A DNA stretch of 64,000 nt from Bacteriovoracaceae bacterium (GTDB taxonomy: Bacteria; Bdellovibrionota; Bacteriovoracia; Bacteriovoracales; Bacteriovoracaceae), in assembly GCA_965217035.1 (NCBI GenBank), contig OZ244226.1, positions 434,001 to 498,000 on the forward strand. The letters run 5' to 3'. The notes under the pieces are model-generated. The model had not been told where the DNA came from, did no database searches, and worked only from the letters and a program-made list of their open reading frames with translations. How positions within the stretch are numbered: position 1 is the stretch's first letter; the number at the start of each line of letters is the position of its first letter. Both the position numbers and the translations under genes were made by a program. Shown piece by piece: positions 40,675-50,290 of the stretch.

Positions 40675-42282
40675 TTACTTGTAAGATCGCTTAGCAAACC
40701 ATCCTTTCTTGCGAACAAGACAATGATCTTCTTTAGCGATATTCCACTTACCAGGCTTTTTACAATTCTTTTCAGTAATTCTTAGTGGACTATTACAAAT
40801 TGGAGCCCAATCCGAAACAAACTCACCAGTTGCCTTAAAGCCTATAGGACAAAGCTTGCTGACTTTTCTCTTCTGATACCATTTACTTTTATAGACATAG
40901 CATCCTGTGATTTCTCCTGCTTCGTTTCGAATGATTTCACTCCCTGTTCCAATATACTCTCCCATTCCAATTCTATTACAACGGTAAAGTCTAATCTTCT
41001 TAAGGTTCTTCTTCTCACAAACAGGCATACCCTTGTGAAGACCTGTATAGCGATGACCTGAAGGGCAAACTTTCTTCATCTTCTTTGCAAGATAGTATTT
41101 CCCACGATTCTGAAGACAGTAAGTCTTTCCATCTTTATCCCAGTGAACTCCATTCTTCACTCCACATTTCACCTCTGAAATCTTTTTAGGGAGTACAGCA
41201 CGACAGACTTTTAAACCTTTAAAAATTCCGAGCTCTTTCTTAACCCCACAACTTGATGGAGTTGCAAAAGGGAGCGAAATCTTTCCAGTCAAAGCAGCGA
41301 TTTGCCAGTTGATTAAACCAATACAGTCATGTCCATCTGTTACTTCCCAAGCACGATCTTTCTCAGCTCTCTGAAACTGATAATCCCCTCTCGAGAAATG
41401 CCTCAAGGTCCAAGCATCACGCTTTGGTCTCTTGACAGGACATCTTTCAAGAGTTTTTTGAATATTTCTTGCTGTAGGACCCAAATGCATAAACTCATAC
41501 CAAGCATTATGAGGATCTTTTCTATAAATGATTCTCGAGATCAATTTGTACTCTTTCGCTGAGATGACTCCCATCATGTATTTTTGATAAGCTTGATGAT
41601 TTTTCAAAAATAGCGGATAACCCACTTTTGTAAAATAAGTTTCAATTTGCCAACCATTAAGACCTGTATGTTTTTTGGCACGCTTTACAAACTTATAGTG
41701 CTGGTTCGACTTATTAATCGCACCGAGTTTCTTTAAAACGTGATAGAGAATTTGACTCTTTCTTGTCTGACAACTGTTTTGGAAAAATCCAACGTTGTCA
41801 TTACACATGGCTTTTCCTTTACCGTATTTCTCGATCCAATCAATCCATTTCATGGCCCGCTGGCGAACGTCTTCTTGTTTTTTTTGATCAGGATTCAAGA
41901 TACCTTGAGAAATAAAGTAATTGATCACCCCATACATCATATCGCGACTGAAAGAATTTTTAGTCGTCTTATTGATATTACTTTCACCACGCCACCATTG
42001 ACCAAGCGGTCCCTGGCCTTTCTCAACATCAGAACAGCGATCTCTTACTGTATTTCTATCTCCTGCAAGCTGAGCTGATAAACAAGCATTTCCCGCAAAC
42101 TCAATCATATCCCATTGTTTACATGCCCCAGGTTCATTAGAAGCTTGTCCTTCAAATTCTCCTTCACAAAGAAGCATCCATTGTTTGATCTGCTCTCTTC
42201 TCTCAATGAGCTGATTAACAAGCTCATTAGAGAAAGTATTAAGTCCTGAAAATAAAAAGAGAAAAATAAGAATCTGTTTCAT
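40675..42282 (-). CDS. Secreted protein with three C-terminal 4-Cys repeats
   Basis: Signal peptide from MKQIL; SFSRDM motif; Cys-rich tail. Confidence 0.75.
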   Translation of the reverse strand: MKQILIFLFLFSGLNTFSNELVNQLIERREQIKQWMLLCEGEFEGQASNEPGACKQWDMIEFAGNACLSAQLAGDRNTVRDRCSDVEKGQGPLGQWWRGESNINKTTKNSFSRDMMYGVINYFISQGILNPDQKKQEDVRQRAMKWIDWIEKYGKGKAMCNDNVGFFQNSCQTRKSQILYHVLKKLGAINKSNQHYKFVKRAKKHTGLNGWQIETYFTKVGYPLFLKNHQAYQKYMMGVISAKEYKLISRIIYRKDPHNAWYEFMHLGPTARNIQKTLERCPVKRPKRDAWTLRHFSRGDYQFQRAEKDRAWEVTDGHDCIGLINWQIAALTGKISLPFATPSSCGVKKELGIFKGLKVCRAVLPKKISEVKCGVKNGVHWDKDGKTYCLQNRGKYYLAKKMKKVCPSGHRYTGLHKGMPVCEKKNLKKIRLYRCNRIGMGEYIGTGSEIIRNEAGEITGCYVYKSKWYQKRKVSKLCPIGFKATGEFVSDWAPICNSPLRITEKNCKKPGKWNIAKEDHCLVRKKGWFAKRSYK

Positions 42283-42492
42283 AATAGCCTCTGTAAGCTC
42301 TATCATAATTCATTTTTCTCTTTCTCTAAATTAAAGGAAATTGATCGGGAATAGTCACATCACTATTTTCTATTCTAACTAGGAAATTTTCGATGTGAGC
42401 AAGATCAAATTGGCTTCAAACTAGAAAGTTTTACAATAAACTGGGATTAAACAGCATTCTTTGATATGAAAAGTGAGATTTTGGAGGATTTT

Positions 42493-43059
42493 ATGAAGTT
42501 TTTAATTTTAATCTCAGCTCTTACTTCGACTCAATTTGCATCAGCAAATTTACTCAAAGACACATTTAAAAAGTTTGATGGTGAGTACCGTCTCGTCAGC
42601 GAAGACAGCGTCAAGCGATTTGAATGTCGGAAACATTTTACGATTAAGACCCATGAGAGTAGCGATGGCCCTTATCTTAATGGTGGACTTAAATTTTCTA
42701 AAAAATCTCGTCACCAACAATACGTGAAAATAATAGTCAGACTTCCAGGAGAAAATATTTCAAGTGATGCAGCAGTTATTGAGCACAAAAGTGTTACGAG
42801 AGTTCAAACAGGATTTTTCTTTGGAAAAAGAACAAATGTTTTCTACACAAAGTTTGATTCAAGAGCATCAGACTATGGAAAGCTGACTTATCTTGCCGAT
42901 GCAAAAACAGGGAGCTTTTTTGAAGGATACCGCTCACACAGATATAGCTTCACTCTTGAACTTAAAAATGAAGGAATCACTGTAAACTTTCATAAAATTG
43001 CTAATAAGAAAAAAGCTAAACTTGGTAAGAAACTCGCGACTTGTAATTATAGTTTATAA
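42493..43059 (+). CDS. Hypothetical secreted protein
   Basis: GGAGG RBS; signal peptide ending ASA. Confidence 0.75.
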   Translation: MKFLILISALTSTQFASANLLKDTFKKFDGEYRLVSEDSVKRFECRKHFTIKTHESSDGPYLNGGLKFSKKSRHQQYVKIIVRLPGENISSDAAVIEHKSVTRVQTGFFFGKRTNVFYTKFDSRASDYGKLTYLADAKTGSFFEGYRSHRYSFTLELKNEGITVNFHKIANKKKAKLGKKLATCNYSL

Positions 43060-43095
43060 AAAATTAGGGTCTGCTTAAAAGCGGGCCTATCCCGT

Positions 43096-43599
43096 TTAAT
43101 CAACTTCTTCAAAAACTAAGCCAGCAGTATGATCTTTTGATTGCTCAATTGAATAATAAGGACCTTCACCACGAATTCTAAATGTCGATCCATAAAGTAA
43201 CAGAGGTTCGGAAGCTATAAACATTCTTTCTAAATACTCATCCATCGATAGCAGACTCGGTTCTTTACCAAAGCTAAAATCAAGAACCTGGCCTCGGTAA
43301 GTAGCAATAACATGAAAGCCCCAATTCTCTACGAAATGTCCTGAAAGCTCTCTCCCCCAACGAGAATTCAAAGCAATGATTTTCCCAAAGCCCCATACTG
43401 TAGCCTCGGCCGTAATTTTGATAACATCGATTTCACTCGTATCAATTTTTTTGCTCTCAAGATGTTTTACAAAGTTTGAGATATTGCGACCGCAATGCCG
43501 AGAGCTAATCTGATTAGAGTAATAAAAGTCAGTAAATTCACGTTCGATTTCTTGAGAAAATCCACAAGGGATTAGGAATAACCAAATGAGATACTTCAT
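43096..43599 (-). CDS. Hypothetical secreted protein, possible Cys-His-Asp enzyme
   Basis: HCGRN...WGFHVI...VLDF. Confidence 0.65.
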   Translation of the reverse strand: MKYLIWLFLIPCGFSQEIEREFTDFYYSNQISSRHCGRNISNFVKHLESKKIDTSEIDVIKITAEATVWGFGKIIALNSRWGRELSGHFVENWGFHVIATYRGQVLDFSFGKEPSLLSMDEYLERMFIASEPLLLYGSTFRIRGEGPYYSIEQSKDHTAGLVFEEVD

Positions 43600-43713
43600 C
43601 TGAATTACTTACAAAGACAGACACAAACCAACAAGTGAACTGTAATATTTTCAGTAAACGCTTTGCACAACTGTGACATTTACCTTTGCTTTTCTCTCTC
43701 GTAAGCTATCGAT

Positions 43714-44022
43714 ATGAATTCAGTATTTAAAATCCTTACTCAAAAAGAATGGGAAGAGTTTCAAGCAGCAAGAACCTTTAAAGGAACAGAGCTCGATCTT
43801 AAAGACGGTTATTTTCATACCTCGACCAAAAATCAAGTCAAAGGCGTGCTTGATCGTTATTACCAAGATATTGAGGTTATTGTTGTAGAACTCAATATAA
43901 AACCCTATCAAGATCATTTGAAGTTAGAAAAGGCCAGTAATGGGGAAAAATACCCTCATCTCTATGTTTCAGAAATTCATTTTAAAAACATTTTAAAAAC
44001 ATTAAAAACTTCGGAGTTTTAA
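43714..44022 (+). CDS. DUF952 family protein
   Basis: F.G..LD.KDGYFHTST..QV, YPHLY. Confidence 0.85.
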   Translation: MNSVFKILTQKEWEEFQAARTFKGTELDLKDGYFHTSTKNQVKGVLDRYYQDIEVIVVELNIKPYQDHLKLEKASNGEKYPHLYVSEIHFKNILKTLKTSEF

Positions 44023-44633
44023 TGGATCTCCGCAATCATAATAGAATTTTAGTGCATCAAATCTTTGAAGCTTTTGAACTCTTCGGTTATGAAACCAGAA
44101 ACAAATACGAAATTCTTGATGAAAACCAAAAAAAGATTGGTTTTGCAGCTGAACAAGGAAAAGGATTTCTTTCTTTTTTAACGAGACAATTCCTAGGTCA
44201 TTGGCGAACTTTTGAACTTTATTTTTTTGATAATGACCGAAAACTTTTCATGACAGCAATTCACCCCTTTCGTTTTTACTTTGAAAGACTAGAGATTAAA
44301 GATAAAGATGGTCTTCTTATTGGGGCCCTTCAAAAACGTTTTTCGATTCTTACAAAGAAATTTGATGTAGAAGACCCTCATGGTAATGTCATCATGGAGA
44401 TGCGCTCACCTCTTTGGAAAATTTGGACTTTTCCTTTTATTAAAATGGGATCAGAGGTCGCAAGGATTGAAAAAAAATGGAGTGGTCTTTTAGCTGAAGT
44501 CTTTACCGATAAAGATCGGTTTCTCGTTTCTTATGATGATCCTTCATTCACAGAACAAGAAAAACTTATTGTCTTAGCTGCGTCAGTTTTTATTGATATT
44601 CGTTACTTCGAAAAGAACGCAAACAACGACTGA
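44022..44633 (+). CDS. Phospholipid scramblase/LURP-one-like protein
   Basis: ETRNKY, KKWSGL..EVFTD.D.F. Confidence 0.85.
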   Translation: MDLRNHNRILVHQIFEAFELFGYETRNKYEILDENQKKIGFAAEQGKGFLSFLTRQFLGHWRTFELYFFDNDRKLFMTAIHPFRFYFERLEIKDKDGLLIGALQKRFSILTKKFDVEDPHGNVIMEMRSPLWKIWTFPFIKMGSEVARIEKKWSGLLAEVFTDKDRFLVSYDDPSFTEQEKLIVLAASVFIDIRYFEKNANND

Positions 44634-44705
44634 GTCCGGAGCTCAGATAATAGAAGTTCTTACTGGTTCCAACATCACCTAAAGCACTCGAAGTATAATT
44701 GTCTT

Positions 44706-45104
44706 ATGAATTGGAAATACCCTTTTATTGGTTCACTTATTTTTTCTACTATCCTTACAGGGATCTATTTCTCACAGGAATGGACTACTATGCAAGAGTT
44801 GGGTGGATGGAATATGGTCATTTTATTGGTCATTATTGGTGGTCCAAGCTTCACTTACTTCTCATGGGTTTTTCAAGCTGTTGAAAGTGATTCAAATTTT
44901 GAAGAATACAATAAAGGTTACTTAAAATCTATTTACCATTCATTTTTAGACCAACTCTCCGAAGATCCAGAAAATAGAGATTTACTGCTTTCAATCTACG
45001 AAGCTGGGAAAAGCTATTACAGTCTCATTAACGAAAAAGACTGGGAAGAAAAAATCAAAAAAGATATCGAAACAAGTATTATTCCGATAGAAAAAGTTGC
45101 TTAA
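44706..45104 (+). CDS. Hypothetical membrane protein
   Basis: Two TMs plus an acidic soluble tail. Confidence 0.65.
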   Translation: MNWKYPFIGSLIFSTILTGIYFSQEWTTMQELGGWNMVILLVIIGGPSFTYFSWVFQAVESDSNFEEYNKGYLKSIYHSFLDQLSEDPENRDLLLSIYEAGKSYYSLINEKDWEEKIKKDIETSIIPIEKVA

Positions 45105-45298
45105 TCATTCTTAATACGAACCTCCTCCCTTAGCCTTAGGTCTTCACTTGCTGCAAATAGGATCGAAAATATCAGTAATACTACGACACAGGTCACGCTT
45201 GCGAGTAAAGTCAGAGAGTTTTTAAAAGTCTGGAGGAAAGCAAGTAAAGCAGTCAATTCCAGGCTAAGGTTTAAATTGGAGATTCTTGTCATTTTCAT
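45101..45298 (-). CDS. Small membrane protein
   Basis: 65 aa, hydrophobic helices; 9 nt after the 45308 gene. Confidence 0.55.
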   Translation of the reverse strand: MKMTRISNLNLSLELTALLAFLQTFKNSLTLLASVTCVVVLLIFSILFAASEDLRLREEVRIKND

Positions 45299-45307
45299 AT
45301 TTTCTTT

Positions 45308-45595
45308 TTAGGCAACATCAAAGAAATCGAGCTCAATTCTTTTATATTTATTTGTCTTCTCTTTTCCGATAAGCCGACTTAAATTAGAAAAAACTCTTCT
45401 AATTGAAATTTCAGGGATTCTGTCTTCACCACTCAGATGAAAAGTTTGTCGTGATGTCTTTGCTTTAAGCTTAACCAGGAAAAGACCGTGTTTTACTTTG
45501 TAACTAAAAGAGATTTTCTTTAAACTGGGATTTAAATCTCTCAATCGATTCCATTCTTTTTCAAAAGTTTCATTAATCTTTAATTCATTTACCAT
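45308..45595 (-). CDS. Hypothetical protein, possibly HPF/RaiA-like fold
   Basis: AAGGAG RBS before ATG 45595; alpha-beta-beta-beta-alpha pattern (inference). Confidence 0.6.
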   Translation of the reverse strand: MVNELKINETFEKEWNRLRDLNPSLKKISFSYKVKHGLFLVKLKAKTSRQTFHLSGEDRIPEISIRRVFSNLSRLIGKEKTNKYKRIELDFFDVA

Positions 45596-45711
45596 AACGT
45601 TAGACTCCTTTGTTAAAGTTTCACGCATGACCAATATAAAAGAGTTTCTAGTATTGATAAAATATATAATTGTAATAATAGTTATAAAAAAAAATGATAC
45701 TAAATTTAAAG

Positions 45712-45785
45712 AAAAAAAAGGGCCCTCACAAAGGGCCCCGTATCGACTGGTCTACATGGAGGGATAAACCCACCAACTGGTTATG
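45712..45785 (-). ncRNA. Candidate sRNA (sibling 2) with own promoter and terminator
   Basis: ...ATCCCTCCATGTAGACCAGTCGATAC-GGGGCCCTTTGTGAGGGCCC-T8; TATATT -10-like element upstream. Confidence 0.55.
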
Positions 45786-45864
45786 ATCTTTTAATAATAT
45801 AACCCAAACCAAGGTATCGAAAAATAATATAAATTAAAACAAGATCATTGATTTATAGAATATT

Positions 45865-45928
45865 AAAAAAGGGCCCTCGTAAGGGCCCTGTATCGACTGG
45901 TCCATTTGGAGAGGTAACTCGCCAAAAA
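45865..45928 (-). ncRNA. Candidate 3'UTR-derived sRNA (sibling 1) / sulP terminator
   Basis: ...TTACCTCTCCAAATGGACCAGTCGATAC-AGGGCCCTTACGAGGGCCC-T6; repeat of 45712-45776 at 150-bp offset. Confidence 0.55.
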
Positions 45929-47428
45929 CTAAATGACTTTGTCATTAATAGGCTTAATGCCATCCTCCGGAAGTATAACACTTGCAGAAATATTTTTTTC
46001 TTCTGCTTCTTTCATCCAGTGTGATATTTCATCACGAATCGCTCGATCCACATACTGTGCCTCAGAGAAGTCTAAGACTATTTTTTTATCAACTGTCTCT
46101 TCCGCCTCATGAAGCGAATGAGAAATTTTTGGAATATGAAGGAAAGTCGCCTTCCCTGTCATCTTAAGCTTGATTTCTTGATCATCTTCTTCTCTCATCA
46201 CGTGAAGTCTCATGGTATCAATCATGAGCATGATTAAAGAAGCTCCGAACCCAACCATGACCCCTGTGAGAAGATCTGTAACAGTAATAAGAGCAAGTGT
46301 TAAGACATAAACCATTCCATCTTTACGATCTTTTTCAAAAATCGCTGGAACTGACTTTAAATCTAAAAGCTTAATCCCTGTATAGATAAGAATCCCAGCA
46401 AGTGCTGCAATAGGAACAAGTTCTAAAACTTTCGGAAAGAAAAAGACGAGAATAAAGAGCCAAACCCCGTGCATAATCGCTGACATTCTTGTTTTTCCAC
46501 CAGACTCGATATTAGCACTCGATCGAACAATAACTCCTGTAATAGGAAGAGCACCAACAACTCCTGCAATAACATTACCAAGCCCTTGCGCAAAAATCTC
46601 CTGATTATAATCTGATTTTTCCTTAGTCAGCCTATCAACAGCATTTACGCAAAGAAGACTTTCTGCACTTGCAACAAAAGCGATTGCAATAGCAGAAAAG
46701 AAGAGTCCTATACTAAAAGTGTTGAAGCTTTCAAAACTGATAAAGTGGATCTCCGAAATCAGATCATGTGGAATCTGAACCATCGCAATATCCAAGTTCA
46801 TAACGGCCGTAATAGTTGAAGTGACAATGATTGCGAATAAAGGCGCTGGAAACTTTTTATTTATGTTTGGAAGCAGTTTTTGCCAACCAAGAATAAGAGC
46901 AACAGTAATAAGGGCCAACCCAAAAGAGACATGAGCTAAACCACTATTAATAATATTATCAAAGAAAACAGAAGGAAGAGATGCAATATTCTTCATACCA
47001 TTTCCACCTGGCTTGTGAAGAAGAGCAATATGAATTTGACTAATAAGAATTAAAAGCCCGATTCCCCCTAACATCCCTTTAATTAATGCAGGAGAAATTG
47101 CACGAAAATATTGAGCAAGCTTAAAACGATGCATAAGAATTTGAAAACAACCAACAATGATTCCAAGCGGAACAAGAGCTGGGATTCCAAATTGCTCAAT
47201 AAATTGAAAGACCATTACAGCGAGACCTGCTGCCGGTCCACTAACTTGGAGTGGGGATCCAGCAAAGACACCTACAACCAGGCCACCGATAATACCGGAT
47301 AAAAGCCCAACCATAGGATCAACTCCCGATGCAAGAGAAATCCCCATACATAATGGCAATGCCACAAGGAAAACAACGAGCGACGAGAGAAAGTCACTCG
47401 CAAAAGTGTTCTTAAGATAATTTTTCAC
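45929..47428 (-). CDS. SulP family anion (possibly bicarbonate) transporter
   Basis: VFLVALPLCMGISLASG, QVSGPAAGL, TGVIVRSSAN; STAS tail. Confidence 0.92.
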   Translation of the reverse strand: MKNYLKNTFASDFLSSLVVFLVALPLCMGISLASGVDPMVGLLSGIIGGLVVGVFAGSPLQVSGPAAGLAVMVFQFIEQFGIPALVPLGIIVGCFQILMHRFKLAQYFRAISPALIKGMLGGIGLLILISQIHIALLHKPGGNGMKNIASLPSVFFDNIINSGLAHVSFGLALITVALILGWQKLLPNINKKFPAPLFAIIVTSTITAVMNLDIAMVQIPHDLISEIHFISFESFNTFSIGLFFSAIAIAFVASAESLLCVNAVDRLTKEKSDYNQEIFAQGLGNVIAGVVGALPITGVIVRSSANIESGGKTRMSAIMHGVWLFILVFFFPKVLELVPIAALAGILIYTGIKLLDLKSVPAIFEKDRKDGMVYVLTLALITVTDLLTGVMVGFGASLIMLMIDTMRLHVMREEDDQEIKLKMTGKATFLHIPKISHSLHEAEETVDKKIVLDFSEAQYVDRAIRDEISHWMKEAEEKNISASVILPEDGIKPINDKVI

Positions 47429-47688
47429 AGTCGATACCTTTTAAAATATTTCGGGAAACCAATTTCCCATTTAAACAAATATTAGACCCAGTCATTAGTA
47501 TAGCATGATGTGATAGAAAGTTTCCCAGGCTTGTTATACATCAGTTAAACTAACTGTAGGCAGTATCGAGGCAACTCCCTTTTTTTGATATTATAATTAA
47601 CCTATTAACTACCTTGATAAAATCAATGCATTGAAAAATGTGATAGAATATTCTAAGTTTATCGACTGAAATAAGCTCTTTAAGTGAG

Positions 47689-48594
47689 GTGTCAATGAAA
47701 TGGATTAATTACCATCATTTAATTTATTTTAAAGAAATTGCAATCAAAGGAACTATCTCAAAAGCTTCTGAGACCCTTAAAGTGGGTCAACCGGCCCTTT
47801 CTTCACAATTGAAGAATTTAGAAGAATACCTCGGAGTTGATCTTTTTGAGAGACGAAATAAAAGGCTTTATTTAACTGAAGCTGGAAAAGTCACCTTGGA
47901 GTACGCAACTAAAATTTCAGACCTTGGACAAGAGCTTATACAAGTTATAGACAATCAGGGTTTTACGGAGAGAATTAATCTCAGTGTCGGCGCGTTAGAT
48001 AGCATTCCAAAGCACCTCATTTGCGATATTGTCGACTTTGCCCATAAGAAAACAGGGTGTTTTCTTTCAATCCTGGAGGATTCTGTTGAAAGCTTATTAA
48101 ACCAACTTATCTCTCACCAAATTGAGGTGATCATATCAGATCATAAAATAAGCAATATGGAGAATAAGCAAGTTTACTCGAGACGGATTCTTCACCGACA
48201 AATTGTCGCCTATAGTTCTCCAGATTTTAAGCATCTTAAAAGAAGCTTTCCTCACTCTCTAGAAGGCATGCCTTGTATTGTTCCTACAAAACATTCAAAA
48301 ATCAGAAACGATATTGAGCACTTCTTCGATATCATCGATGTCGAACCAGAGTTCATTGCAGAAACTCAAGACACTGCTCTTCAAAAAATTCTCGCTTCAA
48401 AAGGTGACGGCGTTATTTTTCTTCCGGAGTTAGCAGCGAAAGAACTCGTTCAACATAAAAAACTTATAAAGCTTGGTCCTCTCGATAATGTTTTTGCTGA
48501 ATATTTTCTCATTTACAGCAAAAGGATTTTTGAAAACCCAGCTCTTGATCTTGTTATTAAACAAGATTTTGAAAAAATGAGATTAGGTCATTAA
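47689..48594 (+). CDS. LysR family regulator, NhaR-like
   Basis: WINYHHLIYF...QPALSSQLK.LE HTH; divergent from sulP. Confidence 0.9.
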   Translation: MSMKWINYHHLIYFKEIAIKGTISKASETLKVGQPALSSQLKNLEEYLGVDLFERRNKRLYLTEAGKVTLEYATKISDLGQELIQVIDNQGFTERINLSVGALDSIPKHLICDIVDFAHKKTGCFLSILEDSVESLLNQLISHQIEVIISDHKISNMENKQVYSRRILHRQIVAYSSPDFKHLKRSFPHSLEGMPCIVPTKHSKIRNDIEHFFDIIDVEPEFIAETQDTALQKILASKGDGVIFLPELAAKELVQHKKLIKLGPLDNVFAEYFLIYSKRIFENPALDLVIKQDFEKMRLGH

Positions 48595-49754
48595 ACTTTT
48601 GAAAGATCGAAATCCTCTGGAGGAACGCGCTTAAAATAGAGAGCAGGCAGAAGACTTGAGGCTAATGTATAAAATATTAGTGCAGTAAGAATATATGTAT
48701 CGATATTAAAGCTTTCTTTTAGAATATTCACAATCACTAAACCAAATATAAGATTCGGTGTTAATGCCATCGCAATCTTGTCTCTATCTTCCCAGAAGTC
48801 TTTGACATAGTTTTTAATATTATACCGAACGGAAAAAACTCTTATTGGTATCACAATTACGGCAAGTCCTATACCAAGCAGAAGTCCTTTTACGATAAAA
48901 AGTTCTTCTGTAATTATCAATCCTGCTTTGAAAAAGTAAAAGGGAACAAAGATATAAAAAAACATCGAAAGAGATTCCAAAATTCGATCAGAATCTTCAC
49001 TTGCGATAAAGTGTTTGAATTGTCCCGCAATAATTCCAGTCATGAAAGCTCCTACTAAATAGTGAGTTCCTAACTTTTTAGTGAGGACTCCTGCCATGAA
49101 AGCAAGAATAACTAAAAAAGAAACCTCACTTTTTGGTGCAAACGGAGCAACGAACTTTAAGAAAAACTGTACAATGATCGGAATTAAAAAGAAGAGGCCT
49201 ATAAAGATTGCTTTTGTTATAAATAGAGATTCGATATCATTGAGCTGAAGAGCAATAAAAAGAACAATGATCGCTGCAACTTCTTTTGATATCGCTTTTA
49301 ATTTAATCCAAAAAACTTCTTGCTCACTTAGTTCATAATTTCTCAATGAGCTCAAAATAAACCCGGCTGAAGGAGTGAATAGAGCAACAGAGATAATTAA
49401 GGCCACTTGAAAGCTAACATTGAGAACATAAATACTAACAAGAGCAGCTCCTATCATGATCAACAGAGATTTTCCTATATAAATTAAGAGAGGTTTTAAA
49501 TTGCTTTTTAATTCCTCTATTTCTATTTCCATTCCGGCAAAAAGAAAAAGAGAGGTAATCCCTAAACGGGCAAGCATTAGAACAAGTTGATCTGATTCAA
49601 ACCATCCCAAAAAGTTAACACAAAGACATCCCAAGACCAAAGAAGTAATACCGCTTGGTATACCAAAACGGAGTAACATTTTTGGAAGAATAAGAACTGA
49701 ACTAAAAAGTGCTAAATATTGAAATTCTCGTCCGAATGCTAAATAAGTTTCCAT
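48591..49754 (-). CDS. Cation:proton antiporter (CPA2-like)
   Basis: Multi-TM; LFLFAGMEIE, LVGAF..G, FVPFYF..AG. Confidence 0.8.
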   Translation of the reverse strand: METYLAFGREFQYLALFSSVLILPKMLLRFGIPSGITSLVLGCLCVNFLGWFESDQLVLMLARLGITSLFLFAGMEIEIEELKSNLKPLLIYIGKSLLIMIGAALVSIYVLNVSFQVALIISVALFTPSAGFILSSLRNYELSEQEVFWIKLKAISKEVAAIIVLFIALQLNDIESLFITKAIFIGLFFLIPIIVQFFLKFVAPFAPKSEVSFLVILAFMAGVLTKKLGTHYLVGAFMTGIIAGQFKHFIASEDSDRILESLSMFFYIFVPFYFFKAGLIITEELFIVKGLLLGIGLAVIVIPIRVFSVRYNIKNYVKDFWEDRDKIAMALTPNLIFGLVIVNILKESFNIDTYILTALIFYTLASSLLPALYFKRVPPEDFDLSKV

Positions 49755-49774
49755 AAAGTAATGATAGCGGAGAT

Positions 49775-50290
49775 TTATTTAAGCTTCAAATGAGATGAAT
49801 CCGCAAAAGAAGTGAAAAACAAAAAATGTGGTTGGTAAAGTTGAATCGTCTTAACGAAATAATCATTTAACGCTTTTCTATGAAGTAATATTTCTCCGCT
49901 TTCTGTTAAATAGAAGTCTTTACCAAAAATAATGACTCGAGAGTTTTTCTGAGCGAAATACACAAGCTTACCGTGATCTTGTTCAACAAACTTTACCAAT
50001 GGATCAGCATAAGTCGCCCCATATGATTCCAAAGGAAGGTATTCATGGAACTTCTCGCCTTCAAAAAGTCCAACTCCATAACTTCCGAATTCCTGAAAAA
50101 GTTTCGCTTGTGTCGGTTGAAGTTCGTCTACATTTTCAATGAATTGTTTATAAATTCCACCTTTCGATCGAAAAAAATCAGATTGAATATTCTCTAACTT
50201 ATCTGAAAAGATAAGATAGTTCCCAAAAGGTCTTTCAATAAAATAAGAACATTGGTGGTCACTTATCGTAAGCTTGTGGATACCAAGCAC
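49775..50290 (-). CDS. Hypothetical protein (degenerate MBL-fold-like)
   Basis: SYFIERPFGNYLI...GGI pattern; metal-ligand His residues not evident. Confidence 0.55.
   Translation of the reverse strand: MLGIHKLTISDHQCSYFIERPFGNYLIFSDKLENIQSDFFRSKGGIYKQFIENVDELQPTQAKLFQEFGSYGVGLFEGEKFHEYLPLESYGATYADPLVKFVEQDHGKLVYFAQKNSRVIIFGKDFYLTESGEILLHRKALNDYFVKTIQLYQPHFLFFTSFADSSHLKLK

Noticed and set aside
45712..45928. CRISPR-like repeat pair
   Set aside because: Only two diverged copies, ~90-nt gap, terminator structure and no cas genes
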